DNA of 64,000 bases from Candidatus Bathyarchaeota archaeon (lineage in GTDB: Archaea; Thermoproteota; Bathyarchaeia; Bathyarchaeales; Bathycorpusculaceae). The translations under genes were made by a program, and so were the position numbers. This document shows positions 63,092-64,000 of this stretch, piece by piece (the stretch's first letter is position 1; the number at the start of each line of letters is the position of its first letter). The notes under the pieces were generated by a model, which did no database searches, had not been told where the DNA came from, and was given only the letters and a program-made list of their open reading frames with translations. The stretch covers positions 1-64,000 of the forward strand of contig CAVZKL010000028.1 of assembly GCA_963775895.1 (NCBI GenBank), read 5' to 3'.

Positions 63092-64000
63092 TCACGTTTG
63101 CCCCGGCAAACTCTGTAAAGACACTATTATGGATTTTAGATAGACGTCAGCGGACGTCGTGGGGTTCACTACAGAAAATGTTACCTCAGTGCTTGATGAA
63201 GTGACGTTCATCGTCAGATTGTAGTTTTGGACAGAAGGAGTACCGTTGCTGTTTGCTCCGTACAAATCCTTTGATGCAAGAACCGAATCGCCCTGAGTCA
63301 ATTGGGCCGTGCATCCGGGTTTTGCGCCGAGATATGGAAGGTTCATCTGATACGTCACTTGGTAGATTCCTCTGGGGAAAACACTGCTGAAAAGAACGGT
63401 GCCAGTGTATATGTGGACGTCGTATTTTAGCGTCATGATGAAGGGTTCATACAGCGTAAGCTCTCCGTGGTAGTTGTGTCGGTAGACAAAGATGCCGTCA
63501 GAACAAGCATACAGACCGTATTCGGTGGAGAGTCTTTCCAGATTCCCGAAGCCGTAAAGGAAAGTCTGTCTTTGCGCATCCGTGCGTATGTCAGGGTTGA
63601 TGTCGAAGATTATGAAGTCAGGTTTAAGATCGAATAGTGACTGAACGTATTCAGCGTAGTATGACTTGTTGAACGCAGCGAAAAGTGGCGGAACCACGTA
63701 TGATTTCAGGCTCGTCGAAACATGTGGGAATAGATCATATTGCGTCAGGATGGACGCATTTGGGAAATCCCTCTGAATTTGCGTTAGCAGGACGTTGAGT
63801 TTTTGATCATGCGGAGTAAACACAACCTGCAGACTTGTGGGTAGACTCTGAACAGTCAGAACCAGAGACACCAAGACACATGCCAAGAACAGTCTTCTGA
63901 ACAGCTTGCCCGTCCTTCGCGGGTCTGCTTTGAGAAGGGATTGGATTCTTCCAAAGCCTTTGATCGCCGCAAGTATGACGAATGGGGTTATCAGAGCTGA
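63092..64000 (-). CDS. DUF2079-like membrane protein (putative GT-C), 5' end outside the window
   Basis: Frame open to the window edge (SALITPFVILAAIKG); ASILTQYDLFPHVS motif; C-terminal soluble domain. Confidence 0.55.
   Translation of the reverse strand, partial: SALITPFVILAAIKGFGRIQSLLKADPRRTGKLFRRLFLACVLVSLVLTVQSLPTSLQVVFTPHDQKLNVLLTQIQRDFPNASILTQYDLFPHVSTSLKSYVVPPLFAAFNKSYYAEYVQSLFDLKPDFIIFDINPDIRTDAQRQTFLYGFGNLERLSTEYGLYACSDGIFVYRHNYHGELTLYEPFIMTLKYDVHIYTGTVLFSSVFPRGIYQVTYQMNLPYLGAKPGCTAQLTQGDSVLASKDLYGANSNGTPSVQNYNLTMNVTSSSTEVTFSVVNPTTSADVYLKSIIVSLQSLPGQT

Overview
Archaeal chromosomal segment, most likely TACK and probably Bathyarchaeia. This is inferred from the SmAP3-type Lsm, two GINS genes, TACK-like replication/translation gene order, cofE plus an mptB-like gene, and a thaumarchaeosortase-like gene. 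Layout: (i) 1-513, a virus-like endonuclease VII gene abutting a 5'-truncated GT2 gene; (ii) 0.5-14.7 kb, cell-envelope genes (two divergent GT-C/AftD-like membrane proteins, probable S-layer protein, cofE, beta-helix/PKD/Ig surface protein); (iii) 14.8-26.2 kb, a complete type IV pilus operon, then glmM/glmU; (iv) 29-44.8 kb, housekeeping genes (Lrp, Lsm, PAC2, peptidases, tgtA, beta-CASP nuclease, atypical SHMT, taw1, translin, nfi, rfcS/L); (v) 44.9-52.6 kb, a candidate undescribed glutamate/nitrogen control module: RHH regulator with about four V4R-like domains, a GDH with a tandem-repeat N-terminal extension, a catalytically dead KaiC/RecA-fold protein, an FMN glutamate-synthase-family protein and a second GDH, with TGWWCA boxes in three of its promoter regions; (vi) 52.8-60.7 kb, replication/translation genes with an inserted archaeosortase; (vii) 60.9-64 kb, glycosyltransferases. 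Many genes, including essential ones, are split by single-base indels that look like sequencing/consensus errors, so several coordinates are reconstructed across frameshifts. I saw no tRNA, rRNA, CRISPR array, transposase or integrase. All family assignments come from motif recognition; no searches were run.
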